Below, one piece after another: positions 11,841 through 26,250 of a DNA stretch of 64,000 bases. A model generated the notes under the pieces. The model was not told the DNA's origin, did not search any database, and was given only the letters and a program-made list of their open reading frames with translations. Positions within the stretch are counted from its first letter, which is position 1, and each line of letters begins with the position of its first letter. The stretch is from NCBI GenBank assembly GCA_964016885.1, contig OZ024741.1, positions 228,594,001 through 228,658,000 of the forward strand. Reading direction: 5' to 3'. The position numbers and the translations under genes were made by a program. Source of the stretch: Eledone cirrhosa (taxonomy: Eukaryota).

Positions 11841-11920
11841 CACACGTTCAAATCCAAAGTGTTCTGTTTCGCCAGTAAGTTGTTGACAGAAATGAAATAA
11901 CCCAGGTTCATCAGCGTGTG
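11841..11920 (-). ncRNA. Type I hammerhead with mutated cleavage triplet (GAA)
   Basis: Mirror of 12386-12465 with U16.1 changed to A. Confidence 0.6.
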
Positions 11921-12385
11921 TAAGGCTATACATTTCAGACAACACTAAGAGAATTTTTAAAGCGACTGTCCAGCTACACGTGGGAGAGAGAAGTCACAGC
12001 GTGTTTAAGGGCAGTGAACCAGTGGCCTCTGAGGGACGAGCTGCTAGAAAGGGCAGCCCAAAACCACTCAGATAAGTGTGCTCAACCAAACACAGAGAGA
12101 GGAAAGACTGTTATAAGGAGCGAAATATCACGATACATTAACGGAGCCATAAACTCTCGCCGTTCCATGTAAATAATGTGCTCAAAGGAGAGGAAATCCT
12201 GACCTCTTTAAAATACAATATGTTGAAAAGGTATAGACACGATAATTAAAAATATAAATTAAAAATATAAAATAACGAGGCCACTGGTTCACTGCCCTTA
12301 AACAAGCTGTGATTTTTCTCTCCCACGTGTAGCTGGAGGGTCGCTTTAAAAATTCTCTTAGTGTTGTCTGAAATGTATAGCCTTA

Positions 12386-12465
12386 CACACGCTGATGAAC
12401 CTGGGTTATTTCATTTCTGTCAACAACTTACTGGCGAAACAGATCACTTTGGATTTGTACGTGTG
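12386..12465 (+). ncRNA. Type I hammerhead with full stems I and III
   Basis: cacacg-CTGATGA-(imperfect stem II)-GAAA-cagatc-actttg-gatttg-TA-cgtgtg. Confidence 0.75.
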
Positions 12466-12717
12466 TTATATAGTTATACAGGTATTTATTTTCCGCTTTA
12501 GTTTATATTTTTAATTATCGTGTCTATACTCTGCCTTTCATAGGTTATAGACTCCATACACTGTTGGTTTGTCCCTGTTTTATTGATAGCGCACTGTATC
12601 TCTCTCTCTAGTGTGTTACCTTTTCAACATATTGTATTTTAAAGAGCTCAGGATTTCCTCTCCTTTGAGCACATTATTTACTGGGAATGGCGAGAGTCTA
12701 TGGCTCCGTTAATGTAT

Positions 12718-12758
<41 letters not shown>

Positions 12759-13234
12759 ATCATAGAATGTCGACTCCTAGCCATCACGTAAATTTCTGTA
12801 GCCAATCGGGTGATGGTATTTTGATGATGTGGAGGGGTTCCAGTTACTACTGTACTGCTGTGTTGTCTGCCGCATTTACTTCCATAGCCAGCACAGATTG
12901 GAACCGAATCCTATCTATCGATTGGTTATTGATTAGGCGAAACCCACTGATGAAGCCACATGCGCCGATTGTGCATTATTACATAATAAATGCAGTCAGA
13001 GGATGATGTACGCTTTGCTACTGCTTTAAGTGTGGCAGAAACTCGAGTACCGGTATAAATTCATTGTTCCCATTTACGTATGTTGTATCGAGGCAAATAA
13101 CCTTGTGCCTACTCTGGGATTTACCCGTAACCTATTGAGATTGAGTACGCTGATATGCAACCGGTACTAACAGGGAAACCTTATGCTAGTCCCGTTAACC
13201 TATTTTTATTATTCAACTCCCGCCTAGGTTAACT

Positions 13235-13535
13235 TTACCTTTCATCCTTACGGGATCGACAAAATAAAATACCAGTCACCCGCTGGGGTCGATTCAATCG
13301 ACTTTCCCCTCCCCTAAAATTGCTGACCTTGTGCCTATATAAGGAACCATTATTATGTGGATTGGCAGTATCGGTAGAGGGTCGGACGCCATGCTTTGCA
13401 GCAAAGAGTTGCGGCCCTTTATGGTCGGAGTTCAAATCCCGCTGAGGTTAACTTTGCCTTTCATCCTTACGGGGTCGATAAAATAAAGTACCAGTAATGC
13501 ACTGGGATAATTGCTGGCCTTGTGGCAAAAGTAGA
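13235..13535. mobile_element. Two tRNA-derived SINE copies (about 13230-13335 partial and 13357-13535)
   Basis: Core and B-box match the 5628 family. Confidence 0.8.
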
Positions 13536-13844
13536 CATTAGAAAGACATTTGAAAAGACATTAGAACATGCAACAGTATTCATGAACTGACATAGAAATT
13601 GGTGTTTGGTGCTAGGTAATCTACTACGACAGAAATACATATCTGAAGGGTTTCGGTTTTCTAGTTATGGTCTATATTATTATCAATCTCCAATAATTCC
13701 CAAGGTTATTTCTTTCGCAACATTTGTTTCACTGTTTAGCCCTACGTTCAATGATATACTTCAGAATTTGGGAAATATTTAGGCCGGCTGACTGATTTTT
13801 GCACATGCAGTTTCACTAGATATAGTGTTATGTAGGTTATGTCA

Positions 13845-14336
13845 TTGTTTGGATGCTTCTGTATGTTGTGGATAGTTCTGTATGTTGTGGATACTTATGT
13901 ATAGTGTCGATACTTCTGTATGTTGTGGATAGTTCTGTGTGGTATGGATACATCTGTATACTGTGGATATCTCTGTATGCTGTGGATATCTCTGTATGCT
14001 GTGGATGCTTCTGTATACTGTGGATACTTCTATATGTTGTGGATACTTCTGTATGTTGTGGATTCCTCTGTATGTTGTGGATCCCTCTGTATGGTGTGAA
14101 TGCTTCTGTATGGCGTGGATACTTGTGTATACTGTGGATGTTTCTCTATGGTGTGGATATCTCTCTATAGTGTAGATATCTCAGTATGTTGTGGATACCT
14201 CTGTATGTTGTGGATATCTCTGTATGGTGTGGATGCTTCTGCATGGTGTGGATGCTTCTCAATGCTGCGGCTGTTTCTGTATGCTGTGGATACTTCTGTA
14301 TGCTGTGGATATCTCTGTATACTGTGGATGCTTCTG
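13845..14336. repeat. 19-bp minisatellite (TGTGGATACTTCTGTATGT-like), about 25 copies
   Basis: Periodic TGTGGAT every 19 nt. Confidence 0.92.
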
Positions 14337-14809
14337 AATTATCCCACTTTATTGTAAGTGCCGGATATGATTCCTTGGTTTTGCATTATAATTTGATTTC
14401 ATAGCACATTGCGTTATAACTCGTTGTCCGCCGATTTAGCGAATATACCTTCAATTTTTCTAATAATTTCCTATTTGAATGAGTCACCCTTCTTTGTGAT
14501 AATAAGGAGCTCGTCTTGGCGGAAGATTTGGGGGCCCGCATTTTTCTAATCGTTGCTAGTACCCAGTGTACATACTTACCCACATAAGCTTGACGTTTAC
14601 CAGCTTCTTTTCACATCAATACTTACCGTTTTCATCTAGTATAATGATTATCTTCGGCATCTTACGAAAATCTTTCAGGACGTTTTCTTGCAGGACGTCT
14701 TGCAGGACGTTTTCCACTCATGTTGGATAAACAATTGTGTGAACAATTCGAGTATATGCGGGAGCATATAGGCGTGTGGACCATAATTCCTTACATATTA
14801 ACATACGAA

Positions 14810-14962
14810 TAGAAATAGCAGACAAACATCCCTCAAATCCCACCCAGCTGTCATGGAAAAGGACACGCTGGGTAGCGTGGTCTTAGGTTTCTTGTATGTA
14901 GGAAAATGGTGGCTTGGTCATGAGCCGGCTCAATCAGCGCGTCGACCTGAGCCTAAGTAACA
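14810..14962 (+). mobile_element. Second dispersed repeat family (SINE-like 3' part); related copies near 23830-24330, 41145-41305 and 49945-50020 (-)
   Basis: Shared motifs CTAGAAATAGCAG...CCTCAAAT...GGATGGTCATGGCTGG...GGGCTAAACAAC. Confidence 0.55.
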
Positions 14963-15017
14963 ACTACTACTACAACTACTACTTCTACCACTCCTAATAC
15001 TACTATTGCTGATGCGG

Positions 15018-15053
<36 letters not shown>

Positions 15054-15065
15054 TTACTACTACTG

Positions 15066-15141
<76 letters not shown>

Positions 15142-15424
15142 CACCACCACCACCACTACTATTATTACTACTTCTACTACCACAACCACCAGCCATCACC
15201 ACCGCCATCACCGTTGCAAGTAAGACGAAAACACAAGCATCAGCCCCACAACCATTACCATTTCCCCCACCAGAGCAACACCATCACCAAAACTACTACC
15301 ACTAACATTAAACCATCATCATCACCAATGCCACTACAAACGCCATAAAACCGTCAAGCCAACCTACATGTTTAACACTAGCATGAAACTACCACCAGGA
15401 TCAATAACATACGACGTACACCAT

Positions 15425-15508
<84 letters not shown>

Positions 15509-15510
15509 AA
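14957..15510. repeat. Trinucleotide microsatellite cluster (CTA/TAA/CCA)n
   Basis: Seen directly. Confidence 0.95.
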
Positions 15511-15626
15511 GCAAGACTCTCAGTTCTATCGAACCTTGCTACAAGGATGCTAACATACAGACATCACTACCACCACCACTTTGAACATTAAGTCTACCAT
15601 GCCACCAGACCTTCTTCTAACCATTA

Positions 15627-15812
15627 TGGTGAATTGGCAGTATCGGTAGAGGGTTGGACGCCATGCTTTCTAGCATAGTTACGTCCCTTTCCAGTCTGAG
15701 TTCAAATCCCGCCGAGGTTAACTTTGCCTTTCATCCTTACGGGGTCGATAAAATAAAGTACCAGTAATGTACTGGGTATTTGCTGGCCTTGTGCCTAAAG
15801 TAGAAACAATTA
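15627..15812 (+). mobile_element. tRNA-derived SINE
   Basis: Full-length match to the 5628 family. Confidence 0.9.
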
Positions 15813-17529
15813 TTTACCTATATCACTACCTTTCCACTTCACCATCATATACTGCCCCAGCATCATCATCCACCACTCTAATACCATCGTCACCACAGCC
15901 ACTAAGTCTACCGCAACGCCAAGCCCTCTTATAACCCTTGTTTACCTACACCAACAACCCTACAATACTTCCATTTCTGCCACCAGCTTCCAGTCACCAC
16001 CACCAACAACAACAACAACAACAATAACAACAACAACAACAGCAGCAGCAGCAACAACAACAACATAATAACAAACTCCCCCTCATCAGTCCCTCACCCG
16101 TCACCGTTAAACCACGCCCCATGTATCATGTAAATCGTAAATGAACAACAACTAGTCATCAAGAAGAGGGCGGTGGTGATAGTGATGGTGGTGGTGGTGG
16201 TGGCGGTGGTGGAAGAGGAGAAGAAGAAGGAGGAGGAGGCGGAGTATTCGTCTCTATGGGGGTGAGGGCAGGTGTGGGTGTGGTGACGAGGGCAGATAAT
16301 TACGGAAATTAAATCATAAACCCTAATAAAGGGGTAATGGTTACACTAAACGACAATAACAAACAACAGGAGCAGCAGTAGAAGTAGAGATGTCAACAAT
16401 ACTAATCTTGATGAACAACAACAGAAAAACGCAAGCAATAGCGTAATAACAATTATAATAACAATAATAATTTTTTATTCGTCACCAGGGCCTAAATCTT
16501 TGAGGACAATACAAGAACGAATTACAACACAAAATGGAGTTCACATCGAGTAACATTTTTCAAAATGAACAGAAACAATACACGTAGCAATAAATTTCCA
16601 ACAAGAAAAAAATCCCGCTAGGGTAATTCGGGGCGAAAACCCCATATAAAAGCCCCGTGTTACTCTGTGTCATTAAAAAATTGGAACACGTCTCCCCGAG
16701 CGGCGCTAGCCTTTCTCTTCCTTCAGTTCGTGTAGTAGCTCTATAAGTTAATTTAATAACTGTGAATTTTATACAGTCCAGAGAGTAAAGAGACGGGCTC
16801 TATACACAGTTTGTTCGCTTTGTCTTGGACTGAGTTCTTCTTTGGAGGGTTCTTTTTTCGTTTCTTGCCTATCCCGCTCACGCCATAGTCACCCCTCTTC
16901 ATTTTCCATCTCTTTTTCATTGCAAGGCGATAGAGCGACACTATCAGCTTGTCTTTTCACTCCAGCCTTAGTTTCACAAAGAATACATATACTGTCATCT
17001 GCCTTTCCTCGCCCGAAGTAGGAGTTCTTACTCAACATAACGGGGAGGAGTGGCCCAACATCTTTGGAGGGCACAAGGAAAGCTCCTTTGTATTTGGCAA
17101 TGTACACTTTCTTCCCTCTAAATGCTGCATAGTCACTGACCTTCCACTGAAATTAGAAATATGGAATTCTTCTCGTTTGCCAAAGCTAGTGTACGTATGT
17201 AAGTATTGTTGTTATTGCTGCAATAACTAATATTCTTATAAATAAACGTGTTGTCCAAATCATTCTAATAAGTATCAATTTCCACAAAAACATTGGTGTT
17301 GTTTCAAAGTTTATTCTGTTGTCCAATATCTGTCTGTCTTTTTTTTTTTTGGTTGTCAAGGTCAATCATTGGGTAGGTGGTGCAGCAATACCTTGATTAT
17401 ATTTTTGTTGAATGTAAGCCAGGAAACAAGAAGTGTTCCAAAATATCTTCACAAATACAAACGTAGCCGCTATCAAAAGCACGCCGAAAGGTACCAAAGT
17501 TACTTCGCTTCATGATGTGAATAGAAATT

Positions 17530-17812
17530 ATAGCTAACACAGTCAATGCCTTCAAAAACCGATATACTCAGCACATATTCCCTTTTCGACGTCCTGAGCA
17601 CAAACATGATACAGCATTGGCAAAATATACATGGGATCTGAAATATCAAGAAGATTGAAGACATCAAAATAAATTTTTCAGTAACTGAAACGGCATCGCC
17701 AATTGTAAAAGGATCGAATATATATTAACTATGCCTAGTTGAAAAAGACAAAACTCTAAGAGTTATTTTCTATTAAATCACAACATTAATTTATTTCTCA
17801 ATGTCGACACGA
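17530..17812 (+). pseudogene. Decayed GIY-YIG endonuclease fragment of a Hydra-type PLE
   Basis: Manual translation with frameshifts: NAFKNRYTQH...RRPEHKHDTALAKYTWDLK...LCLVEK...SQCRH, collinear with the ORF at 59939-60625. Confidence 0.65.
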
Positions 17813-18414
17813 TGATCAGTATTCATCTATGTGTGTCATCAAAAAATATGTTTTATAATGTTGATAGCAGAAAAAGTGAAGAAATTCTAAATGATTCACT
17901 TCATCGACTTGATACACTGACTCATTCATATATGCATACATATATGCATATATTTGTATAAATATATGTGTATGTATCTATGTATATATATATATATATA
18001 TAATCATGATATGCACTCCATCTGCAAGCACATAACAACACCCATATCACATCTGGACTCTCCACCTCGGTCCCCAAACCTGAATGCCGGATTATTCACC
18101 TAACAACCCCAGCCTTCTTAAAACCTTTTCCCAAACTCCGATATTACAACATTGTTTCTCACTCGCTTTCCGAACTCTCCATTTCCTGAAGGGCTCATGT
18201 ACTATACTAAATGTCAAACCCTCGTATACTTATACTATACTTGTACTTATACTCTTCCAAAACATGATACTTATAAGATTTTGTGTTTTTGCATTTGTGT
18301 TTGTTTTGTCATTTCTTGAACTATATATAAATTTGTGTGTGGGGTTTTTTATATGCATACATATATGTTGTATATGAGTATGTATGTATGAAATGTATAC
18401 ACACACACACACAA

Positions 18415-18676
<262 letters not shown>

Positions 18677-18749
18677 TATTAAAACTCTACTTCGGTGTTG
18701 AGTACTCCTTTTTCTCAGGCGACAACCACATACGGATATATATACAATG

Positions 18750-21310
18750 ATATTAAATAAATAGAAACTATATTTATGAAACCATATTTATTATATATAT
18801 TTCAAGGATACCAAAACTTTGGTACGCTCTCATCAGATAAAATACAAAGTTTGTTTTATAAATATTAACATAACCAGGAAGAAGATCTTAACGGTTCAAG
18901 TTTTTCCTGGATAGTAAAGGAAAGAAGGGAAAGAGAAGAAAAGTTAAATATTTCAAATTATTAAGATGAATATGCAAATGAGGTTGAGGTATAGGGCTGA
19001 AAAAACCCGTTATTTTTAGACGCTAGATAGATTTAAATAATTATTAGGATATATGTATGTATGAGTAGGAAGAAGAAAGAGAAAGAAAGAAGAGCTTGTA
19101 TTTACGTTAATTTAAAAATTTAAAAATAATTAACAGCTTGTAGGAACGGTGGAATATGATTCCATAATTTAAAAGATTTTTTAGATATATTATGAGTTAT
19201 AATATTGTATATATAATCAATTAGATTATATGAAGAATTATGGTTGTAAGTACATTTTATCTTATTACATTACAACAGGTTGTAAGTATATAAATATCTA
19301 TATAGATTAAAAATTGTGCAAGTATAAATATTATTGGTGATTTTATAGAAATAAACCACACTTATTAATTGTTTATATTTCTCATATGAGTTACGAAGGA
19401 TGTTGATTTTACGTTTTACATAAAAAATTTAAGAAAAAGACGTAGTTCAAGTTGTAAGAGGAGAACAATTTGTAGATTCAAATGTTTTGATCCAACATTT
19501 AAAATGTTTTCAGAATATTCATTTAGCGAAGTTATATAGTTTATCATACAAGTTATCATGTCTATGTTTGCTCAATTGTAAAGGAAAAAAGGAAAAGATA
19601 ACTCCAATCATATTTGCTAACCATTAAATTTGATGAATGATTTACTCAGAAAGTATGTAGAGAAAATTATATATTATTTTGTGTTAGATTATAAGGTATT
19701 TTATATTATATGTTTTTCAGGGATGAGAATTTCAATTACATATTATTTACGTCGAAAGATGTGTGAAAAGTTTGAAGATTAAAAAGAGGAAAAAAAGTAT
19801 TATTAGATAAGTCAAGAGTTCATTTCGAAGAACTGTCGTAAAGAGAATATCTTTCAGAATATCTTTCAGAATGTCAATTAAAGATTATCAATCTACATCT
19901 AAAAAATAGATTAAGAATAGTATCATTAGGAAAAGAATATCAGTAAATAATAGGATCATTTTAAAGGTGTATAAGCTATAGTCAAGTGTAATGAATATCA
20001 TAGATTAAAAATACTTCGGAAAGTGGAATTTTGGCGATGTCTGCAACGAGAAAATAATTCTGTTTTTAAATTAATAGAGTTTTGACAGTTAATTATATAA
20101 AAAATTTCCTCGATGCACAAATGACAGATTATTGAGGAAGCCATATTTCGGTATGCAGGTGCTTTCGAAACGTTCCCCAAGATATTGAATAGTCTATATT
20201 GTTGTTCTTTAAATTCCAAATTAGATGTGAAAGTGAAGTGGAAGATTTTTTATTGGACCTATTAAATGTATGTTTGTGGTTGTCCAGCGTTCTTTGAATT
20301 TTGTAGAAGTGGCACCTATATAATTAAATATTTTGTCTCTAGTTTTAACTGTGCATTTATAAATTACGTTTTTGTCTAAGCAATTATTTTGTAAAGGGAA
20401 GTTTAATTTAATTCTACAGTTACATTTTCTGGAATTGTTCTTATTAGGAACGGTACTATTATTATGAATATTGTTGTTAGAAATATTATTATTGCTATCT
20501 TGGTTTGTTTGGTTAGGGTTTAAATTTAAGTTTCTATTATTAATTCTATTTATTTTTTTAGCTGTGTTCATAGTAGTAGGGTAGGATAGTTTTATAGTGT
20601 GTCTGTTAAAAATAGAGTGGTATCTGTGGGCTTTAGGAAAACACTTATTTAGTGCTTTAAAAATAGCTTTGCTAAAGGTGTTTTAACGCCTAATGAGAAT
20701 GGGGGAGAGTACCAAATAATATTTCTAGTTCTAGTTTTTTGGTTCGGTTTACTATTTAAGTTGAATTGTTTATTGTTTTTATAATGAATTCTAGGATGAT
20801 TTATCATGTTATTGTTATGTAAGTATTTAATTTTATTCGAGTATCCTGCTCTATGTAAAGCTTCATTGTAATATTCTGCCTTATCATCAAAAATGTTTTT
20901 ATTAGCAGAGATGCGTGAAATCCGTTGCTGGACGCTTTTTCTTTTCCTAGACATACATACATCTATCCTAATAATTATTTAAATCTACCTAGAGTCTAAA
21001 AATAACGTTTTTGTTTCAGCCCTAAACCTCAACTTCATTTGCATACTCATCTTATTAATTTGAAATATTTGACATTTCTTCTCTTTCCCTTCTTTCCTTT
21101 ACTATCCAGGAAAACCTTGAACCGTAAGATCTTCTTCCTGGTTATGTCAATATTTATAAAACAAACTTTGTATTTTATCTGATGAGAGCGTACCAAATAT
21201 GGTTTTATAAATATAGTTTAATATCATTGAATATTACACTCCAGAAAACTTGTCGAGTGCTTCGAATCAGTTGTAAACATTTATATTTGTTAAATTTACA
21301 ACAAATAAAA
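18750..21310 (-). mobile_element. 5'-truncated Penelope-like element (Hydra-type) with inverted terminal repeat copy
   Basis: Minus ORF remnants 20954-19998: QRISRISANK..F...YYNEAL..AGY, RNIIWYSPPF, CNCR..PL...CL..NVIYKCTV..YIGATS.KFKER, CHLC, SRCRH; 20955-21200 is the reverse complement of about 18820-19060. Confidence 0.88.
18787..18841 (-). ncRNA. Minimal type I hammerhead in the PLE 3' terminal repeat
   Basis: tttat-CTGATGA-gagcgtaccaaagttttggtatcctt-GAAA-tatata-TA-ataaa; a broken copy starts at 21179 (+). Confidence 0.75.
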
Positions 21311-21335
21311 TATGCCTTTTGCTTATATATATGTG

Positions 21336-21366
<31 letters not shown>

Positions 21367-22212
21367 GGGGGGAGAGGGAGAGAGAGAATGAGCGAAGAGA
21401 TAAAGACATGTATGTGCGTTTGTATGTGTATCTGTAAAGTGAGGAGTTTGAAGCCGTGTAAGTATATTTTATATCTGTGTGTGCGTATTGGTATGTGTGT
21501 GTATGTATATACGTGCCTGTATTTAGTGTATATCTGTATCTGAGTGCCTGTATGTATATATATATGTGTCAGAGTGTATATACATGTGTGCCTGTATGTT
21601 TATATATTTATGTGTATGTATATATATATATATGTACGTGTGTATGTTTATGTATTTATGTGTATGTATATATGTACGTATGTATGTAGGTATGTATGGA
21701 TGTACGAATGTATGTATGTTTGTATGTATATGTATGTACGTATGTATGTACGTATGCATGTATGTATGAATGTATGTAAGTTTGTACGTATGTATGTATG
21801 TATGTATGTGTGTATGTATGTATGTATGTATGTGTAGGTGTGTAGGTGTGTCTGTGTGTAGGTTTACCTTACCGTGCAATCCCTACAATGAGCGCTTGTT
21901 GTTCCATGTGTGGCCCCCAGGCCATGCTTGGTACTGAGCGGTGCTTCAATAGCTGTTCCCATGCACTGTGTTATATAACCTTGGGCAAGATATTTGACTT
22001 CACTTATCGCGACCTGCTGAAATAAGGATAGGCAGTTGCACCCTTCCACGTGACCCCTGAAGGGCTAAAATGATTGTTGTAGGTGGAGTATTGCTTCAAT
22101 GAAGTATATTTTACGGGTTGCTGCTGGCTGCAGTGATACTGGTGATGATTGATGTATATGTGTATGATTTTATATTTCAATAGATATATACATCTCTCTC
22201 TCTATCTCTGTT

Positions 22213-22272
<60 letters not shown>

Positions 22273-22292
22273 CTCCTTATCTCTCTCTCTCC

Positions 22293-22328
<36 letters not shown>

Positions 22329-22338
22329 CACCCTCTCC

Positions 22339-22389
<51 letters not shown>

Positions 22390-22395
22390 TTTGTC

Positions 22396-22437
<42 letters not shown>

Positions 22438-22454
22438 TGTGTGTGTGTGGTGAA

Positions 22455-22672
<218 letters not shown>

Positions 22673-22690
22673 TATATATATATATATATA

Positions 22691-22725
<35 letters not shown>

Positions 22726-23333
22726 ATGTGTGTGTACCGGTGTGAGTGTATGTGTTCGTATGTGTGTATGTGTGTGTACATATATATATGGGAGTGTGTC
22801 TGTCTCTGTGAATGTATATACGATTTGCTTGATGCATGGATATATGGTCTTCTTTGTACTTGAATGTGAGGGGAATGTGGTGTTTGTGTTTGAGCAAGAT
22901 TGGCGTATATCAGCGGCAACATCTACAGCCCCCAAAAGTGATGCTGAAGATTATGAGAATATTTTGATGATGATAATGACGATGAGGATGATGGTGATGA
23001 TGATGATTAGGTTGGTAGACGTAAACAAGAGCGGGTAAAGAAATGGAGCTAGAAAAGGAGGAGCATAGCTCTGATATTAAAGATTATTATTATTATTATT
23101 ATCATTATTATTATTATGATCATGATGATGATGCGAGCTGTCTTACCCCTCACGTGGCGGCGCCAGAGTGCCCGTAAATTATCGAAGCGCAAGCAACCCT
23201 ACAATTACATCCCAGCTCCTTAAACTCTGCATCTTTTCTTCCCCCCTATATTTATTTATTTATTCATTCAATCATTTGTATTTCTATTGTTGTTGCCACC
23301 AATATACAGGGGTCACCCTTTTTCTCTCCCCAC

Positions 23334-23404
<71 letters not shown>

Positions 23405-25587
23405 AATATATATATATACATATATATATGTATATGTATATTATATATGTACATATATATGTGTATGTGAGTGTGTGCGCACGCACCACATATCATTCTT
23501 CCCTTATCCCTCGCTCACCACTTCTCTTTCCCTTCTTTCTCTCTTTCTTTTTCTCTATCTCACTCTCTCTTTTACCCACCTCTATACGTTTCTCCCAAAC
23601 TATATCCAAACTTCCAGGCACCACTCCCCCATATTCTTCCGCCTTTTCTCCCCATACAGACGAATGCACCAAATTCGTTATGACATCTCCACAGACAGAC
23701 ATATGAAGGGCGTCCGTTGAAAACTTTACCCACCATGAAAACTTTCACTGATCCTTGCACAAGTGTGTGCTTTTTAGCTCTGCTATTGCTATCAACATCT
23801 GATGAGGGCGAACTAACGAAGGAATCCTTTACCACGTCGCGTGGCCTGCTACAAATAGCAGTCACCTATCCCCTCAAATTACAAAAATATAGGACATGTA
23901 TATAGCAAGATTTTGTAGTCCCCCATACCTTTCTCTTATTCCCTTGCTTAAAGGAGGTTCATGGCCTCGCTTGGTGTGTTTTTGAGTAAAGAAAAATAAA
24001 ATAAATAAAATGTTGCTATAGTTACACTATCAGAGTAAAAGATGGGATGGTCATGGCTGGAACACTTTTGGTCTTAGGTTTGCCCGATCATTGCTGCTCC
24101 GAGTATAAATCCTAACAAATAGCAGCATCTTATAAAGATAGGGAAAGTCAAAGAGGAAGCTTCTAAGAAATCACCTTACCTGCTAGAAATGGAACCATAT
24201 TCACCTTCTTTAAACGGGATACATATAACAGTCTTAGTTATAGCTAAAAGGACGAGATAGCCATGGATGGAATATCTTTAATCATAGGTCTGCTTCATCA
24301 AGGATACATTGAGACTGAACAACAACACCAGCAACAAAATGATGATGGCCACAACACAACAGTCAAGCAAGAACCCATATGCATCAATAAAACCGTGGCG
24401 TGGTCTTCCGATTATTTTTTTAATAAGAGCATCAATTCGGCTTTGGTGCAGTAGATCGCTGACCAAGGGCATTCCATTCATGGCCGTCATATTTCTAATT
24501 CATACATAGTGTATCTAGGACACTAGATATTGCAGACATACTGTGTCTAGGATACTATAATGAATTACCAGACGATGTCAACTTTTCCTTTCAACTTTTC
24601 CTGGTTTTAAAATTAAGTACCAGTCAAAGGCGATGGATTGGGAGAATTGTTGGAGCTTTGGTCTTGTGGTAGCTATTCCAGTTCTTTGCGTTCTGAGTTC
24701 AAATTCCACCTTTTATCACCTGCCTTTTCGAGGCGAGAAACAGGCCCCTGGGGACAGAACTAAAAGTGAAAGGTTTTCAATGACAGACGGAGCGATAAAC
24801 TGATAGAAAAAGGATCTCGGTCACATCAATGCAAAAATCGAGCAGACTCTGCACTGAATCAAGATAAACACTAGGATAAAAAGCAATGTATCAAGAACAA
24901 TATTATCTATGTCCTTCCTTTATTAAAGATTGACTTTTATTTTTAGCAGAATCAATGGGCATGTAAAGACTTTTTCACTGGATCATAAATCGAAATCTGA
25001 AGACTGAGAATGTGAAGAGGTTACGTTCATGCATTTCTTCTCATGTGGTATTATCAGCCTAAGTGGAAGGAAAGTTGTTCCAAGCTGAATTAGTTATGCT
25101 TTATAAGATGAATTGTCAGAAGTTGTTTTTGTTTGTTCGTTTAATGACTTGATTTCGAGGAAGTCGTTGCGTTTACAATCTCCGTAGAATTTCCGGGTCT
25201 AACGTAGTTATGTCGATGTCCATTACAGACATTCCGAGACAGATGGAGCTGTACTTACGGCCTTCGTAGGTCTCCCGACACAAAAGAAGCTGTGCCTATA
25301 TCCTTTGAAGTCCTTTGGAGGATTTCTGATGCCAGAGAGACAGGTGCAATTGGTATTCCTCTTTAAAAATGTATGAAAAACAAGAAGGAAATTCTAGAGA
25401 ATGGAAATACTACGAAGAGGTTAGTGTGTGTGATGAGAGAATGATACACGGCTTCAGGCTTACTACAACCAATCAACACTAACCCATATACAACAACAGC
25501 AAAATCTATTGTCATTCTACAATGTTCCACTAGAGCCAGAAAATTGAACAAGAATCAAGACAAATTTAGAAATAGTCATTCAAGGTA

Positions 25588-25870
25588 TTGATTGGTTTAT
25601 TAGTTGACTGGTTGACTGGCTGGTTGTTTGATTGGTTGATTGGTTGGTTGGCAGGCTGGCTGGTTTGTTGGTTCGTTGGTTGGTGGATTGACTATCTGGC
25701 TGGTTGGCTGGTTGGTTGGTTGATTGATTGGTTGGTTGGTGGATTGACTGGATGGTTGGTTGGTTGGTTGACTGGTTGGTTGGTTGGCTGGTTGGTTGAC
25801 TGTCTGGTTGGTTGGTTGGTTGGTAGGTTCGCTGTCCGACTGACTGGCTGGCTTGTTGGTTGACTGGTTA
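25588..25870. repeat. Degenerate (TTGG)n microsatellite
   Basis: Seen directly. Confidence 0.93.
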
Positions 25871-25999
25871 GAACTCAAAATCACAACTAAACAGATGAAC
25901 ACAGACAAATATAAAAAGAGTGAGAGATAGAAGAGAGATGGATATATATATATATTAAATTCAAATATTAATAAAATAGATGTTCTTGTGATCAATTAA

Positions 26000-26065
26000 A
26001 TTGTATTATACATATTTCAGAGGTACTTGAATCAAGTTCAATAGTACGTCCTCGTCAGATAAAAT
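26000..26065 (-). ncRNA. Type I hammerhead
   Basis: attttat-CTGACGA-ggacgtactattgaacttgattcaagtacctct-GAAA-tatgta-TA-atacaat. Confidence 0.7.
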
Positions 26066-26184
26066 AAAATGATACATGACATACTCTGACATGTTAAATG
26101 GTTAAGATTTAATCAAGATTTAATCAATCTACCTTGATTAAATCTTAACCATTTAACATGTCAGGGTATGTCATGTATCATTTT

Positions 26185-26250
26185 ATTTTATCTGACGAAG
26201 ACGTGATATTGAACTTGATTCAAGTACCTCTGAAATATGTATAATAAAAT
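26185..26250 (+). ncRNA. Type I hammerhead
   Basis: attttat-CTGACGA-agacgtgatattgaacttgattcaagtacctct-GAAA-tatgta-TA-ataaaat; perfect 7-bp stem I. Confidence 0.72.

Larger units (their letters stand above)
11681..12722. mobile_element. Inverted pair of PLE-type terminal repeats, each with a hammerhead
   Basis: 11681-12030 is the reverse complement of about 12277-12633; 12126-12230 is the reverse complement of about 12620-12722; (TA)n on both sides. Confidence 0.8.

Noticed and set aside
13845-14336. CRISPR-like periodicity
   Set aside because: Contiguous degenerate units without unique spacers; eukaryotic context.
16490-17140. Possible Tx1/L1 3' fragment on the minus strand
   Set aside because: No diagnostic motif recovered; too weak to call.
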